64,000 bases of DNA from Eledone cirrhosa (Eukaryota): the NCBI GenBank assembly GCA_964016885.1, contig OZ024743.1, positions 133,362,001 through 133,426,000 of the forward strand, given 5' to 3'. The notes below the pieces were generated by a model, which saw only the letters and a list, made by a program, of their open reading frames with translations, was not told the origin of the DNA and made no database searches. The translations under genes and the position numbers were made by a program. Numbering within the stretch: the stretch's first letter is position 1; every line of letters starts with the position of its first letter. Positions 37,601 to 51,330 of the stretch are shown here, one piece after another.

Positions 37601-40600
37601 TGCTGGGTGTTTGGTGCTTGGTGCTTGGTGTTTGGTGCTTGGTGCTTGGTGCCTGGTGTTTGGTCCTTGGTGCTTGGTGCTTGGTGCTTGGTGCTTGCTG
37701 TTTGGTGTTTGGTGTTTGGTTCTTGGTGCTTGGTGTTTGGTGTTTGGTGTTTGGTGCCTGGTGCTTGGTGCTTGGTGTTTGGTGCTTGGTGCTTGGTGAT
37801 TAGTGTTTGGTGATTGGTGCTTGGGGTTTGGTGTTTGGTGCTTGGTGTTTGGTGCTTGGTGCTTGCTGTTTGGTGTTTGGTTCTTGGTGCTTGGTGTTTG
37901 GTGTTTGGTGTTTGGTGCTTGGTGCTTGGTGCTTGGTGTTTGGTGCTTGGTGCTTGGTGCTTGGTGTTTGGTGCTGCGTGCTTGGTGTTTGGTGCTTGGT
38001 GTTTGGTGCTTGGTGCTTGGTGCTTGGTGCTTGGTGTTTGGTGATTGGTGCTTGGTGCTTGGTGCTTGGTGTTAGGTGTTTGGTCATTGGTTCTTGTTGT
38101 TTGGTGTTTTGTGCTTGGTGCTTGCTGTTTGGTGTTTGGTGCTTGGTGCCTGGGGCTTGTTGTTTGGTGTTTGGTGCTTAGTGCTTGGTGTTTGGTGTTT
38201 GGTGCTTGGTGCTTGGTGGCTGGTGCTTGCTGCTTGGTGTTTGGAGTTTGGTGCTTGGTGCTTGGTGCCTGGTGTTTTGTGCTTGGTGATTGGTGCTTGG
38301 TGTTTGGTGTTTGGTGTTTGGTGTTTGGTGTTTGGTACTTGGTGCTTGGTGCTTGGTGTTTGGTGCTTGGTGTTTGGTGATTGGTGCTTGGTGCTTGGTG
38401 CTTGGTGCTTGGTTTTAGGTGTTTGGTCCTTGGTGCTTGTTGTTTGGTGTTTTGTGCTTGGTGCTTGGCGTTTGGTGTTTGGTGCTAGGGGCTTGGTGCT
38501 TGATGCTTGATGTTTGGTGCTTGGTGCTTGCTGTTTGGTGTTTGGTGCTTGGTGCGTGGGACTTAGTGTTTGGTGTTTGGTGCTTGGTGTTTGGTGCTTG
38601 GTGCTTGGTGTTTGGTGTTTGGTGCTTAGTGCTTGGGGCTTGGTGTTTGGTGCTTGGTGTTTGGTGTTTGGTGCTTGGTGCTTGGTGTTTGGCGCTTGGT
38701 GCTTGGTGCTTGGTGTTTGGTGCTTGGTGCTTGGTGCTTGGTGCTTGGTGATTAGTGTTTGGTGCTTGGTGCTTGGAGCCTGGTGCTTGGTGCTTGGTGC
38801 TTGTTGTTTGGTGCTTGGTGTTTGGTGCTTGGTGCTTGGTGCTGGGTGGTTGGTGTTTGGTGTTTGGTGCTTGGTGCTTGGTGCTTATTGTTTGGTGCTT
38901 GGTGCTTGGTGCTTGGTGCTTGGTCTTTGGTGCTTGGTGTTTGGTCTTTGGTACTTGGGGCCTGGTGTTTGGCGCTTGGTGCTTGGTGCTTGGTGTTTGG
39001 TGCTTGGTGTTTGGTGCTTGGTGATTAGTGTTTGGTGCTTGGTGCTTGGTGCCTGGTGCTTGGTGCTTGGTGCTTGATGTTTGGTGCTTGTTGCTTGGTG
39101 ATTAGTGTTTGGTGCTTGGTGCATTGGGTTTGGTGTTTGGTGCTTGGGGTTTGGTGTTTGGTGCTTGGTGCTTGGTGTTTGGTGCTTGGTGCTTGGTGTT
39201 TGGTGCTTGGTGCTTTGTGTTTGGTGCTTGGTGCTTGGTGTTTGGTGCTTGGTGCTTGCTGTTTGGTGTTTGGTGTTTGGTTCTTGGTGTTTGGTGTTTG
39301 GTATTTGGTGTTTGGTGCTTGGTGCTTGGTGCTTGGTGTTTGGTGCTTGGTGCTTGGTGCTTGGTGTTTTGTGTTTGGTGCTTGGTACTTGGTGATTAGT
39401 GTTTGGTGCTTGGTGCTTGCGGTTTGGTGTTTGGTGCTTGGGGTTTGGTGTTTGGTGCTTGGTGCTTGCTGCTTGGTGCTTGGTGTTTGGTGCTTGGTGC
39501 TTGGTGTTTGGTGTTTGGTGCTTGGGGTTTGGTGTTTGGTGCTTGGTGCTTGGAGTTTGGTGCTTGGTGCTTGGTGTTTGGAGTTTGGTGCTTGGTGCTT
39601 GGTGCCTGGAGCTTGTTGTTTGGTGTTTGGTGCTTAGTGGTTGGTGTTTGGTGTTTGGTGCTTGGTGTTTGGTGGCTGGTGTTTGGTGCTTGGTGTTTGG
39701 AGTTTGGTGTTTGGTGCTTGGTGCCTGGTGTTTCGTGCTTGGTGCTTGGTGCTTGGTGTCTGGTGTTTGGTGCTTGGTGCTTGGTGTTTGGTGTTTGGTG
39801 CTTGGGGTTTGGTGTTTGGTGCTTGGTGCTTGGAGTTTGGTGCTTGGTGCTTGGTGTTTGGAGTTTGGTGCTTGGTGCTTGCTGCCTGGTGCTTGTTGTT
39901 TGGTGTTTGGTGCTTAGTGGTTGGTGTTTGGTGTTTGGTGCTTGGTGCTTGGTGGCTGGTGTTTGGTGCTTGGTGTTTGGAGTTTGGTGTTTGGTGCTTG
40001 GTGCCTGGTGTTTCGTGCTTGGTGCTTGGTCCTTGGTGTCTGGTGTTTGGTGCTTGGTGTTTGGTGTTTGGTACTTGGTGCTTGGTGCTTGGTGCTTGGT
40101 ATTTGGTGCTTGGTGTTTGATGCTGCGTGCTTGGTGTTTGGTGTTTGGTGCTTGGTGCTTGGTGTTTGGTATTTGGAGCTTGGTGCCTGGTGCTTGTTGT
40201 TTGGTGTTTGGTGCTTGGTGCTTGGTGTTTGGTGTTTGGCGTTTGGTGCTTGGTGCTTGGTATCTGGTGTTTGGTGCTTGATGTTTGGTGTTTGGTGCTT
40301 GGTGCTTGGTGTTTGGTGTTTGGTGCTTGGTGCTTGGTGTTTGGTGCTTGGTGTTTGGTGTTTGGTGTTTGATGCTTGGTGTTTGCTGCTTGGTGCTTGG
40401 TGCTTGGTGTTTTGTGTTTGGTGCTTGGTGCTTGGTGCCTGCTGCTTGGTGCTTGGTGCTTGTTGTTTGGTGCTTGGTGCTTGGTGATTAGTGTTTGGTG
40501 CTTGGTGCTTGCGGTTTGGTGTTTGGTGCTTGGGGTTTGGTGTTTGGTGCTTGGTGCTTGGTGTTTGGTGCTTGGTGCTTGGTGCTTGGTGTTTGGTGCT

Positions 40601-43600
40601 TGGTGCTTGGTGTTTGGTGCTTGGTGCTGGGTGTTTGGTGCTTGGTGCTTGGTGTTTGGTGCTTGGTGCTTGGTGCCTGGTGTTTGGTCCTTGGTGCTTG
40701 GTGCTTGGTGCTTGGTGCTTGCTGTTTGGTGTTTGGTGTTTGGTTCTTGGTGCTTGGTGTTTGGTGTTTGTTGTTTGGTGCCTTGTGCTTGGTGCTTGGT
40801 GTTTGGTGCTTGGTGCTTGGTGATTAGTGTTTGGTGATTGGTGCTTGGGGTTTGGTGTTTGGTGTTTGGTGTTTGGTGTTTGCTGTTTGGTGTTTGCTGT
40901 TTGGTGCTTGGTGCTTGGTGTTTGGTGTTTGGTGTTTGGTGCTTGGTGCTTGGTGTTTGGTGCTTGGTGCTTGGTGCTGGGTGTTTGGTGCTTGGTGCTT
41001 GGTGTTTGGTGCTTGGTGCTTGGTGCTGGGTGTTTGGTGCTTGGTGCTTGGTGTTTGGTGCTTGGTGCTTGGTGCCTGGTGTTTGGTCCTTGGTGCTTGG
41101 TGCTTGGTGCTTGGTGCTTGCTGTTTGGTGTTTGGTGTTTGGTTCTTGGTGCTTGGTGTTTGGTGTTTGGTGTTTGGTGCCTGGTGCTTGGTGCTTGGTG
41201 TTTGGTGCTTGGTGCTTGGTGATTAGTGTTTGGTGATTGGTGCTTGGGGTTTGGTGTTTGGTGCTTGGTGTTTGGTGCTTGGTGCTTGCTGTTTGGTGTT
41301 TGGTTCTTGGTGCTTGGTGTTTGGTGTTTGGTGTTTGGTGCTTGGTGCTTGGTGCTTGGTGTTTGGTGCTTGGTGCTTGGTGCTTGGTGTTTGGTGCTGC
41401 GTGCTTGGTGTTTGGTGCTTGGTGTTTGGTGCTTGGTGCTTGGTGCTTGGTGCTTGGTGTTTGGTGATTGGTGCTTGGTGCTTGGTGCTTGGTGTTAGGT
41501 GTTTGGTCATTGGTTCTTGTTGTTTGGTGTTTTGTGCTTGGTGCTTGCTGTTTGGTGTTTGGTGCTTGGTGCCTGGGGCTTGTTGTTTGGTGTTTGGTGC
41601 TTAGTGCTTGGTGTTTGGTGTTTGGTGCTTGGTGCTTGGTGGCTGGTGCTTGCTGCTTGGTGTTTGGAGTTTGGTGCTTGGTGCTTGGTGCCTGGAGTTT
41701 TGTGCTTGGTGATTGGTGCTTGGTGTTTGGTGTTTGGTGTTTGGTGTTTGGTGTTTGGTACTTGGTGCTTGGTGCTTGGTGTTTGGTGCTTGGTGTTTGG
41801 TGATTGGTGCTTGGTGCTTGGTGCTTGGTGCTTGGTTTTAGGTGTTTGGTCCTTGGTGCTTGTTGTTTGGTGTTTTGTGCTTGGTGCTTGGCGTTTGGTG
41901 TTTGGTGCTAGGGGCTTGGTGCTTGATGCTTGGTGTTTGGTGCTTGGTGCTTGCTGTTTGGTGTTTGGTGCTTGGTGCGTGGGACTTAGTGTTTGGTGAT
42001 TGGTGCTTGGTGTTTGGTGCTTGGTGCTTGGTGTTTGGTGTTTGGTGCTTAGTGCTTGGGGCTTGGTGTTTGGTGCTTGGTGTTTGGTGTTTGGTGCTTG
42101 GTGCTTGGTGTTTGGCGCTTGGTGCTTGGTGCTTGGTGTTTGGTGCTTGGTGCTTGGTGCTTGGTGCTTGGTGATTAGTGTTTGGTGCTTGGTGCTTGGA
42201 GCCTGGTGCTTGGTGCTTGGTGCTTGTTGTTTGGTGCTTGGTGTTTGGTGCTTGGTGCTTGGTGCTGGGTGGTTGGTGTTTGGTGTTTGGTGCTTGGTGC
42301 TTGGTGCTTATTGTTTGGTGCTTGGTGCTTGGTGCTTGGTGCTTGGTCTTTGGTGCTTGGTGTTTGGTGTTTGGTACTTGGGGCCTGGTGTTTGGCGCTT
42401 GGTGCTTGGTGCTTGGTGTTTGGTGCTTGGTGTTTGGTGCTTGGTGATTAGTGTTTGGTGCTTGGTGCTTGGTGCCTGGTGCTTGGTGCTTGGTGCTTGA
42501 TGTTTGGTGCTTGTTGCTTGGTGATTAGTGTTTGGTGCTTGGTGCATTGGGTTTGGTGTTTGGTGCTTGGGGTTTGGTGTTTGGTGCTTGGTGCTTGGTG
42601 TTTGGTGCTTGGTGCTTGGTGTTTGGTGCTTGGTGCTTTGTGTTTGGTGCTTGGTGTTTGGTGCTTGGTGCTTGGTGCTTGGTTCTTGGTGTTAGGTGTT
42701 TGGTGCTTGGTGATTGGTGTTTGATGTTAGGTTCTTGGTGCTTGGTGTTTGGTGTTTGGTGCTTGGTGCTTGGTGTTTGGTGTTTGGTGCTTGCTGCTTG
42801 GTGCTTGGTGTTTTGTGTTTGCAGTTTGGTGCTTGGTGTTTGGTGCTTCGGTCTTGGTGTTTGGTGTTTGGTGCTTGGTGCCTGGGGCTTGTTGTTTGGT
42901 GTTTGGTGCTTAGTGCTTGGTGTTTGGTGTTTGGTGCTTGGTGCTTGGTGGCTGGTGCTTGGTGCTTGGTGTTTGCAGTTTGGTGCTTGGTGCTTGGTGC
43001 CTGGTGTTTCGTGCTTGGTGCTTGGTGCTTGGTGTTTGGTGTTTGGTGCTTGGTGCTTGGTGCTTGGTTCTTGGTGTTAGGTGTTTGGTGCTTGATGATT
43101 GGTGTTTGATGTTAGGTTCTTGGTGCTTGGTGTTTGGTGCTTGGTGCTTGGTGCTTGGTGTTTGGTGTTTGGTGCTTGCTGCTTGGTGCTTGGTGTTTTG
43201 TGTTTGGATTTTGGTGCTTGGTGTTTGGTGCTTCGGTCTTGGTGTTTGGTGTTTGGTGCTTGGTGCTTGGTGTTTGGTGTTTGGTGCCTGGTGCTTGGTG
43301 TTCGGTGCTTGGTGTTTGGTGTTTGGTGATTGGTGCTTGGTGTTTGGTGCTTGGTGCTTGGTGCTTGGTGCTTGGTGTTAGGCGTTTGGTGCTTGGTGCT
43401 TGGTGTTTGATGTTTGGTCCATTGTGCTTGGTGTTTGGTATTTTGTGCTTGGTGCTTGGTGTTTGGTGTTTGGTGCTTGGTGCTTGGTGTTTGGTGTTTG
43501 GTGCTTGCTGCTTGCTGCTTGGTGTTTGGTGCTAGGGGCTTGGTGCTTGGTGTTTCGTGTTTGGTGCTTGGTGCTTGGTGTTTGGTGTTTGGTGCTTGGT

Positions 43601-46600
43601 GCGTGGGACTTGGTCTTTGGTGCTTGGTGTTTGGTGCTTGGTGTTTGGTGCTTGGTGCCGGGTGCTTGGTGTTTGGTGTTTGGTTCTTGGTGTTTGGTGC
43701 TTGTTGTTTGGTGCTTGGTGTTCGGTGCTTGGTGCTTGGTGCTTGGTGCTTGGTGTTTGGTGTTTGGTGCTTGGTGATTGGTGTTTGATGTTTGGTCCTT
43801 GGTGCTTGGTGTTTGGTGTTGTGTGCTTGGTGATTGGTGCTTGGTGTTTGGTGCTTGGTTCTTGGTGCTTGGTGTTTGGCGTTTGCTGTTTGCTGTTTGG
43901 TGGTTGGTGTTTGCTGTTTGGTGTTTGCTGTTTGGTGTTTGGTGTTTGGTGCTTGCTGTTTGGTGCTTGGTGCTTGGTGTTTGGTGTTTGGTGCTTGGTG
44001 TTTGGTGCTTGGTGCTTGGTGCTTGGTGTTTGGTCCTTGGTGCTTGGTGCTTGGTCTTTGGTGCTTGGGTTTTGGTCTTTGGTGCTTGGTGCTTGGTGTT
44101 TGGTCCTTGGTGCTTGGTGCTTGGTGTTTGGTGCTTGCTGCTTGGTGCTTGGTGTTTGGTGCTTGGTGCTTGGTGATTAGTGTTTGGTGATTGGTGCTTG
44201 GGGTTTGGTGTTTAGGGCTTTGTGTTTGGTGCTTGGTGCTTGCTGTTTGGTGTTTGGTGCTGGGTGTTAGGTGCTTGGTGCTTGGTGTTTGGTGCTTGGT
44301 GCTTGGTGCTTGGTGCTTGGTGTTTGGTGCTTGGTGCTTGGTGCTTGGTGCTTGCTGTTTGGTGTTTGGTGTTTGGTTCTTGGTGCTTGGTGTTTGGTGT
44401 TTGGTGTTTGGTGCTTGGTGCTTGGTGCTTGGTGTTTGGTGCTTGGGGTTTGGTGTTTGGTGCTTGGTGTTTGGTGCTTGGTGCTTGCTGTTTGGTGTTT
44501 GGTGTTTGGTTCTTGGTGTTTGGTGTTTGGTATTTGGTGTTTGGTGCTTGGTGCTTGGTGCTTGGTGTTTGGTGCTTGGTGCTTGGTGCTTGGTGTTTTG
44601 TGTTTGGTGCTTGGTACTTGGTGATTAGTGTTTGGTGCTTGGTGCTTGCGGTTTGGTGTTTGGTGCTTGGGGTTTGGTGTTTGGTGCTTGGTGCTTGCTG
44701 CTTGGTGCTTGGTGTTTGGTGCTTGGTGCTTGGTGTTTGGTGTTTGGTGCTTGGGGTTTGGTGTTTGGTGCTTGGTGCTTGGAGTTTGGTGCTTGGTGCT
44801 TGGTGTTTGGAGTTTGGTGCTTGGTGCTTGGTGCCTGGAGCTTGTTGTTTGGTGTTTGGTGCTTAGTGGTTGGTGTTTGGTGTTTGGTGCTTGGTGTTTG
44901 GTGGCTGGTGTTTGGTGCTTGGTGTTTGGAGTTTGGTGTTTGGTGCTTGGTGCCTGGTGTTTCGTGCTTGGTGCTTGGTGCTTGGTGTCTGGTGTTTGGT
45001 GCTTGGTGCTTGGTGTTTGGTGTTTGGTGCTTGGGGTTTGGTGTTTGGTGCTTGGTGCTTGGAGTTTGGTGCTTGGTGCTTGGTGTTTGGAGTTTGGTGC
45101 TTGGTGCTTGCTGCCTGGTGCTTGTTGTTTGGTGTTTGGTGCTTAGTGGTTGGTGTTTGGTGTTTGGTGCTTGGTGCTTGGTGGCTGGTGTTTGGTGCTT
45201 GGTGTTTGGAGTTTGGTGTTTGGTGCTTGGTGCCTGGTGTTTCGTGCTTGGTGCTTGGTGCTTGGTGTCTGGTGTTTGGTGCTTGGTGTTTGGTGTTTGG
45301 TACTTGGTGCTTGGTGCTTGGTGCTTGGTGTTTGGTGCTTGGTGTTTGATGCTGCGTGCTTGGTGTTTGGTGTTTGGTGCTTGGTGCTTGGTGTTTGGTA
45401 TTTGGAGCTTGGTGCCTGGTGCTTGTTGTTTGGTGTTTGGCGTTTGGTGCTTGGTGCTTGGTATCTGGTGTTTGGTGCTTGATGTTTGGTGTTTGGTGCT
45501 TGGTGCTTGGTGTTTGGTGTTTGGTGCTTGGTGCTTGGTGTTTGGTGCTTCGTGTTTGGTGTTTGGTGTTTGATGCTTGGTGTTTGCTGCTTGGTGCTTG
45601 GTGCTTGGTGTTTTGTGTTTGGTGCTTGGTGTTTGGTGCCTGCTGCTTGGTGCTTGGTGCTTGTTGTTTGGTGCTTGGTGCTTGGTGATTAGTGTTTGGT
45701 GCTTGGTGCTTGCGGTTTGGTGTTTGGTGCTTGGGGTTTGGTGTTTGGTGCTTGGTGATTGGTGTTTGGTGCTTGGTGCTTGGTGCTTGGTGTTTGGTGC
45801 TTGGTGCTTGGTGTTTGGTGCTTGGTGCTTGGTGTTTGGTGTTTGGCGTTTGCTGTTTGCTGTTTGGTGTTTGGTGTTTGCTGTTTGGTGTTTGCTGTTT
45901 GGTGTTTGGTGTTTGGTGCTTGCTGTTTGGTGCTTGGTGCTTGGTGTTTGGTGTTTGGTGTTTGGTGCTTGGTGCTTGGTGTTTGGTGCTTGGTGCTTGG
46001 TGCTGGGTGTTTGGTGCTTGGTGCTTGGTGTTTGGTGCTTGGTGCTTGGTGCCTGGTGTTTGGTCCTTGGTGCTTGGTGCTTGGTGCTTGGTGCTTGCTG
46101 TTTGGTGTTTGGTGTTTGGTTCTTGGTGCTTGGTGTTTGGTGTTTGGTGTTTGGTGCCTGGTGCTTGGTGCTTGGTGTTTGGTGCTTGGTGCTTGGTGAT
46201 TAGTGTTTGGTGATTGGTGCTTGGGGTTTGGTGTTTGGTGCTTGGTGTTTGGTGCTTGGTGCTTGCTGTTTGGTGTTTGGTTCTTGGTGCTTGGTGTTTG
46301 GTGTTTGGTGTTTGGTGCTTGGTGCTTGGTGCTTGGTGTTTGGTGCTTGGTGCTTGGTGCTTGGTGTTTGGTGCTGCGTGCTTGGTGTTTGGTGCTTGGT
46401 GTTTGGTGCTTGGTGCTTGGTGCTTGGTGCTTGGTGTTTGGTGATTGGTGCTTGGTGCTTGGTGCTTGGTGTTAGGTGTTTGGTCATTGGTGCTTGTTGT
46501 TTGGTGTTTTGTGCTTGGTGCTTGCTGTTTGGTGTTTGGTGCTTGGTGCCTGGGGCTTGTTGTTTGGTGTTTGGTGCTTAGTGCTTGGTGTTTGGTGTTT

Positions 46601-47600
46601 GGTGCTTGGTGCTTGGTGGCTGGTGCTTGCTGCTTGGTGTTTGGAGTTTGGTGCTTGGTGCTTGGTGCCTGGTGTTTCGTGCTTGGTGATTGGTGCTTGG
46701 TGTTTGGTGTTTGGTGTTTGGTGTTTGGTGTTTGGTACTTGGTGCTTGGTGCTTGGTGTTTGGTGCTTGGTGTTTGGTGATTGGTGCTTGGTGCTTGGTG
46801 CTTGGTGCTTGGTTTTAGGTGTTTGGTCCTTGGTGCTTGTTGTTTGGTGTTTTGTGCTTGGTGCTTGGCGTTTGGTGTTTGGTGCTAGGGGCTTGGTGCT
46901 TGATGCTTGGTGTTTGGTGCTTGGTGCTTGCTGTTTGGTGTTTGGTGCTTGGTGCGTGGGACTTAGTGTTTGGTGTTTGGTGCTTGGTGTTTGGTGCTTG
47001 GTGTTTGGTGCTTGGTGCTTGGTGTTTGGTGTTTGGTGCTTAGTGCTTGGGGCTTGGTGTTTGGTGCTTGGTGTTTGGTGTTTGGTGCTTGGTGCTTGGT
47101 GTTTGGCGCTTGGTGCTTGGTGCTTGGTGTTTGGTGCTTGGTGCTTGGTGCTTGGTGCTTGGTGATTAGTGTTTGGTGCTTGGTGCTTGGAGCCTGGTGC
47201 TTGGTGCTTGGTGCTTGTTGTTTGGTGCTTGGTGTTTGGTGCTTGGTGCTTGGTGCTTATTGTTTGGTGCTTGGTGCTTGGTGCTTGGTGCTTGGTCTTT
47301 GGTGCTTGGTGTTTGGTGTTTGGTACTTGGGGCCTGGTGTTTGGCGCTTGGTGCTTGGTGCTTGGTGTTTGGTGCTTGGTGTTTGGTGCTTGGTGATTAG
47401 TGTTTGGTGCTTGGTGCTTGGTGCCTGGTGCTTGGTGCTTGGTGCTTGATGTTTGGTGCTTGTTGCTTGGTGATTAGTGTTTGGTGCTTGGTGCATTGGG
47501 TTTGGTGTTTGGTGCTTGGGGTTTGGTGTTTGGTGCTTGGTGCTTGGTGTTTGGTGCTTGGTGCTTGGTGTTTGGTGCTTGGTGCTTTGTGTTTGGTGCT
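34610..47600 (+). repeat. ~4.6-kb segment (~34610-39230) duplicated ~8.4 kb downstream (~43070-47600)
   Basis: ORF offsets 34643/43099, 35735/44191, 36172/44628 (8456); 36907/45356 (8449); 37271/45692 (8421); 37800/46200, 38419/46819 (8400); 38755/47169 (8414); 39032/47404 (8372). All are multiples of 7. Confidence 0.88.
36010..42650 (+). repeat. ~3.2-3.4-kb tandem duplication with internal 280/287-bp and 399-bp subduplications
   Basis: ORF offsets 36172/39399 (3227); 36701/39921, 37271/40491 (3220); 37800/41223, 38755/42178 (3423). Internal offsets 39641/39921 (280), 36414/36701 (287), 40827/41226 (399). Confidence 0.85.
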
Positions 47601-50600
47601 TGGTGTTTGGTGCTTGGTGCTTGGTGCTTGGTTCTTGGTGTTAGGTGTTTGGTGCTTGGTGATTGGTGTTTGATGTTAGGTTCTTGGTGCTTGGTGTTTG
47701 GTGTTTGGTGCTTGGTGCTTGGTGTTTGGTGTTTGGTGCTTGCTGCTTGGTGCTTGGTGTTTTGTGTTTGCAGTTTGGTGCTTGGTGTTTGGTGCTTCGG
47801 TCTTGGTGTTTGGTGTTTGGTGCTTGGTGCCTGGGGCTTGTTGTTTGGTGTTTGGTGCTTAGTGCTTGGTGTTTGGTGTTTGGTGCTTGGTGCTTGGTGG
47901 CTGGTGCTTGGTGCTTGGTGTTTGCAGTTTGGTGCTTGGTGCTTGGTGCCTGGTGTTTCGTGCTTGGTGCTTGGTGCTTGGTGTTTGGTGTTTGGTGCTT
48001 GGTGTTTGGTGTTTGGTACTTGGTGCTTGGTGCTTGGTGTTTGGTGCTTGGTGTTTGGTGCTTGGTGCTTGGTGCTTGGTGCTTGGTGTTTGATGTTTGG
48101 TGCTTGGTGCTTGTTGTTTGGTGTTTGGTGCTTCGTGCTTGGTGTTTGGTGTTTGGTGCTTGCTGCTTGTTGCTTGGTGTTTGGTGCTTGGTGATTGGTG
48201 CTTGGTGTTTTGTGCTTGGTGCTTGGTGTTTGGTGTTTGCTGCTAGGGGCTTGGTGCTTGATGCTTGGTGTGTGGTGCTTGGTGCTTGCTGTTTGGTGTT
48301 TGGTGCTTGGTGCGTGGGACTTAGTGTTTGGTGTTTGGTGCTTGGTGTTTGGTGCTTGGTGTTTGGTGCTTGGTGCTTGGTGTTTGGTGTTTGGTGCTTG
48401 GTGCTTGGGGCTTGGTCTTTGGTGCTTAGTGTTTGGTGCTTGGTGTTTGGTGCTTGGTGCTTGGTGCCTGGTGTTTGGTGTTTGGTGTTTGGTGCTAGGT
48501 GTTTGGTGCTTGGTGCTTGGTGCTGGGTGGTTGGTGTTTGGTGTTTGGTGCTTGGTGCTTGGTGCTTATTGTTTGGTGCTTGGTGCTTGCTGCTTGGTGC
48601 TTGGTCTTTGGTGCTTGGTGTTTGGTGTTTGGTGCTTGGTGCCTGGTGTTTGGCGCTTGGTGCTTGGTGCTTGGTGTTTGGTGCTTGGTGTTTGGTGCTT
48701 GGTGATTAGTGTTTGGTGCTTGGTGCTTGGTGCCTGGTGCTTGGTGCTTGGTGCTTGATGTTTGGTGCTTGGTGCTTGGTGATTAGTGTTTGGTGCTTGG
48801 TGCTTGGTGTTTGGTGCTTGGTGCTTGGTGTTTGGCGCTTGGTGCTTTGTGTTTGGTGCTTGGTGTTTGGTGCTTGGTGCTTGGTGCTTGGTGCTTGGTG
48901 TTAGGTGTTTGGTGCTTGATGATTGGTGTTTGATGTTAGGTTCTTGGTGATTGGTGTTTGGTGTTTGGTGCTTGGTGCTTTGTGTTTGGTGTTTGGTGCT
49001 TGCTGCTTGGTGCTTGGTGTTTTGTGTTTGGATTTTGGTGCTTGGTGTTTGGTGCTTCGGTCTTGGTGTTTGGTGTTTGGTGCTTGGTGCTTGGTGTTTG
49101 GTATTTTGTGCTTGGTGCTTGGTGTTTGGTGCTTGGTGCTTGGTGTTTGGTGCTTGGTGCTTGGTGCCTGGTGTTTGGTCCTTGGTGCTTGGTGCTTGGT
49201 GCTTGGTGCTTGCTGTTTGGTGTTTGGTGTTTGGTTCTTGGTGCTTGGTGTTTGGTGTTTGGTGTTTGGTGCTTGGTGCTTGGTGCTTGGTGTTTGGTGC
49301 TTGGTGCTTGGTGATTAGTGTTTGGTGATTGGTGCTTGGGGTTTGGTGTTTGGTGCTTGGTGTTTGGTGCTTGGTGCTTGGTGCTTGGTGCTTGGTGTTT
49401 GGTGATTGGTGCTTGGTGCTTGGTGCTTGGTGCTTGGTGTTAGGTGTTTGGTCCTTGGTGCTTGTTGTTTGGTGTTTTGTGCTTGGTGCTTGGCGTTTGG
49501 TGTTTGGTGCTAGGGGCTTGGTGCTTGATGCTTGGTGTTTGGTGCTTGGTGCTTGCTGTTTGGTGTTTGGTGCTTGGTGCCTGGGGCTTGTTGTTTGGTG
49601 TTTGGTGCTTGGTGTTTGGTGTTTGGTGTTTGGTGCTTGGTGCTTGGTGGCTGGTGCTTGGTGCTTGGTGTTTGGAGTTTGGTGCTTGGTGCTTGGTGCC
49701 TGGTGTTTCGTGCTTGGTGATTGGTGCTTGGTGTTTGGTGTTTGGTGTTTGGTGTTTGGTGTTTGGTACTTGGTGCTTGGTGCTTGGTGTTTGGTGCTTG
49801 GTGTTTGGTGATTGGTGCTTGGTGCTTGGTGCTTGGTGCTTGGTGTTAGGTGTTTGGTGCTTGGTGCTTGCTGTTTGGTGTTTGGTGCTTGGTGCGTGGG
49901 ACTTAGTGTTTGGTGTTTGGTGCTTGGTGTTTGGTGCTTGGTGTTTGGTGCTTGGTGCTTGGTGTTTGGTGTTTGGTGCTTAGTGCTTGGGGCTTGGTGT
50001 TTGGTGCTTGGTGTTTGGTGTTTGGTGCTTGGTGCTTGGTGTTTGGCGCTTGGTGCTTGGTGCTTGGTGTTTGGTGCTTGGTGCTTGGTGCTTGGTGCTT
50101 GGTGATTAGTGTTTGGTGCTTGGTGCTTGGTGCCTGGTGCTTGGTGCTTGGTGCTTGTTGTTTGGTGCTTGGTGTTTGGTGCTTGGTGCTTGGTGCTGGG
50201 TGGTTGGTGTTTGGTGTTTGGTGCTTGGTGCTTGGTGCTTATTGTTTGGTGCTTGGTGCTTGGTGCTTGGTGCTTGGTCTTTGGTGCTTGGTGTTTGGTG
50301 TTTGGTACTTGGGGCCTGGTGTTTGGCGCTTGGTGCTTGGTGCTTGGTGTTTGGTGCTTGGTGTTTGGTGCTTGGTGATTAGTGTTTGGTGCTTGGTGCT
50401 TGGTGCCTGGTGCTTGGTGCTTGGTGCTTGATGTTTGGTGCTTGGTGCTTGGTGATTAGTGTTTGGTGCCTGGTGCTTTGGGTTTGGTGTTTGGTGCTTG
50501 GGGTTTGGTGTTTGGTGCTTGGTGCTTGGTGTTTGGTGCTTGGTGCTTGGTGTTTGGTGCTTGGTGCTTTGTGTTTGGTGCTTGGTGTTTGGTGCTTGGT

Positions 50601-51330
50601 GCTTGGTGCTTGGTTCTTGGTGTTAGGTGTTTGGTGCTTGGTGATTGGTGTTTGATGTTAGGTTCTTGGTGCTTGGTGTTTGGTGTTTGGTGCTTGGTGC
50701 TTGGTGTTTGGTGTTTGGTGCTTGCTGCTTGGTGCTTGGTGTTTTGTGCTTGCAGTTTGGTGCTTGGTGTTTGGTGCTTCGGTCTTGGTGTTTGGTGTTT
50801 GGTGCTTGGTGCCTGGGGCTTGTTGTTTGGTGTTTGGTGCTTAGTGCTTGGTGTTTGGTGTTTGGTGCTTGGTGCTTGGTGGCTGGTGCTTGGTGCTTGG
50901 TGTTTGCAGTTTGGTGCTTGGTGCTTGGTGCCTGGTGTTTCGTGCTTGGTGCTTGGTGCTTGGTGTTTGGTGTTTGGTGCTTGGTGTTTGGTGTTTGGTA
51001 CTTGGTGCTTGGTGCTTGGTGTTTGGTGCTTGGTGTTTGGTGCTTGGTGCTTGGTGCTTGGTGCTTGGTGTTTGAAGTTTGGCCCTTGGTGCTTGTTGTT
51101 TGGTGTTTGGTGCTTCGTGCTTGGTGTTTGGTCTTTGGTGCTTGCTGCTTGCTGCTTGGTGTTTGGTGCTTGGTGATTGGTGCTTGGTGTTTTGTGCTTG
51201 GTGCTTGGTGTTTGGTGTTTGCTGCTAGGGGCTTGGTACTTGAAGCTTGGTGTGTGGTGCTTGGTGCTTGCTGTTTGGTGTTTGGTGCTTGGTGCGTGGG
51301 ACTTAGTGTTTGGTGTTTGGTGCTTGGTGT
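46900..51330 (+). repeat. ~2.94-2.98-kb-offset duplication (~46900-48350 repeated at ~49850-51330)
   Basis: ORF offsets 46970/49910, 47169/50109 (2940); 47404/50386, 47663/50645, 47866/50848, 48195/51177 (2982). Confidence 0.82.
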
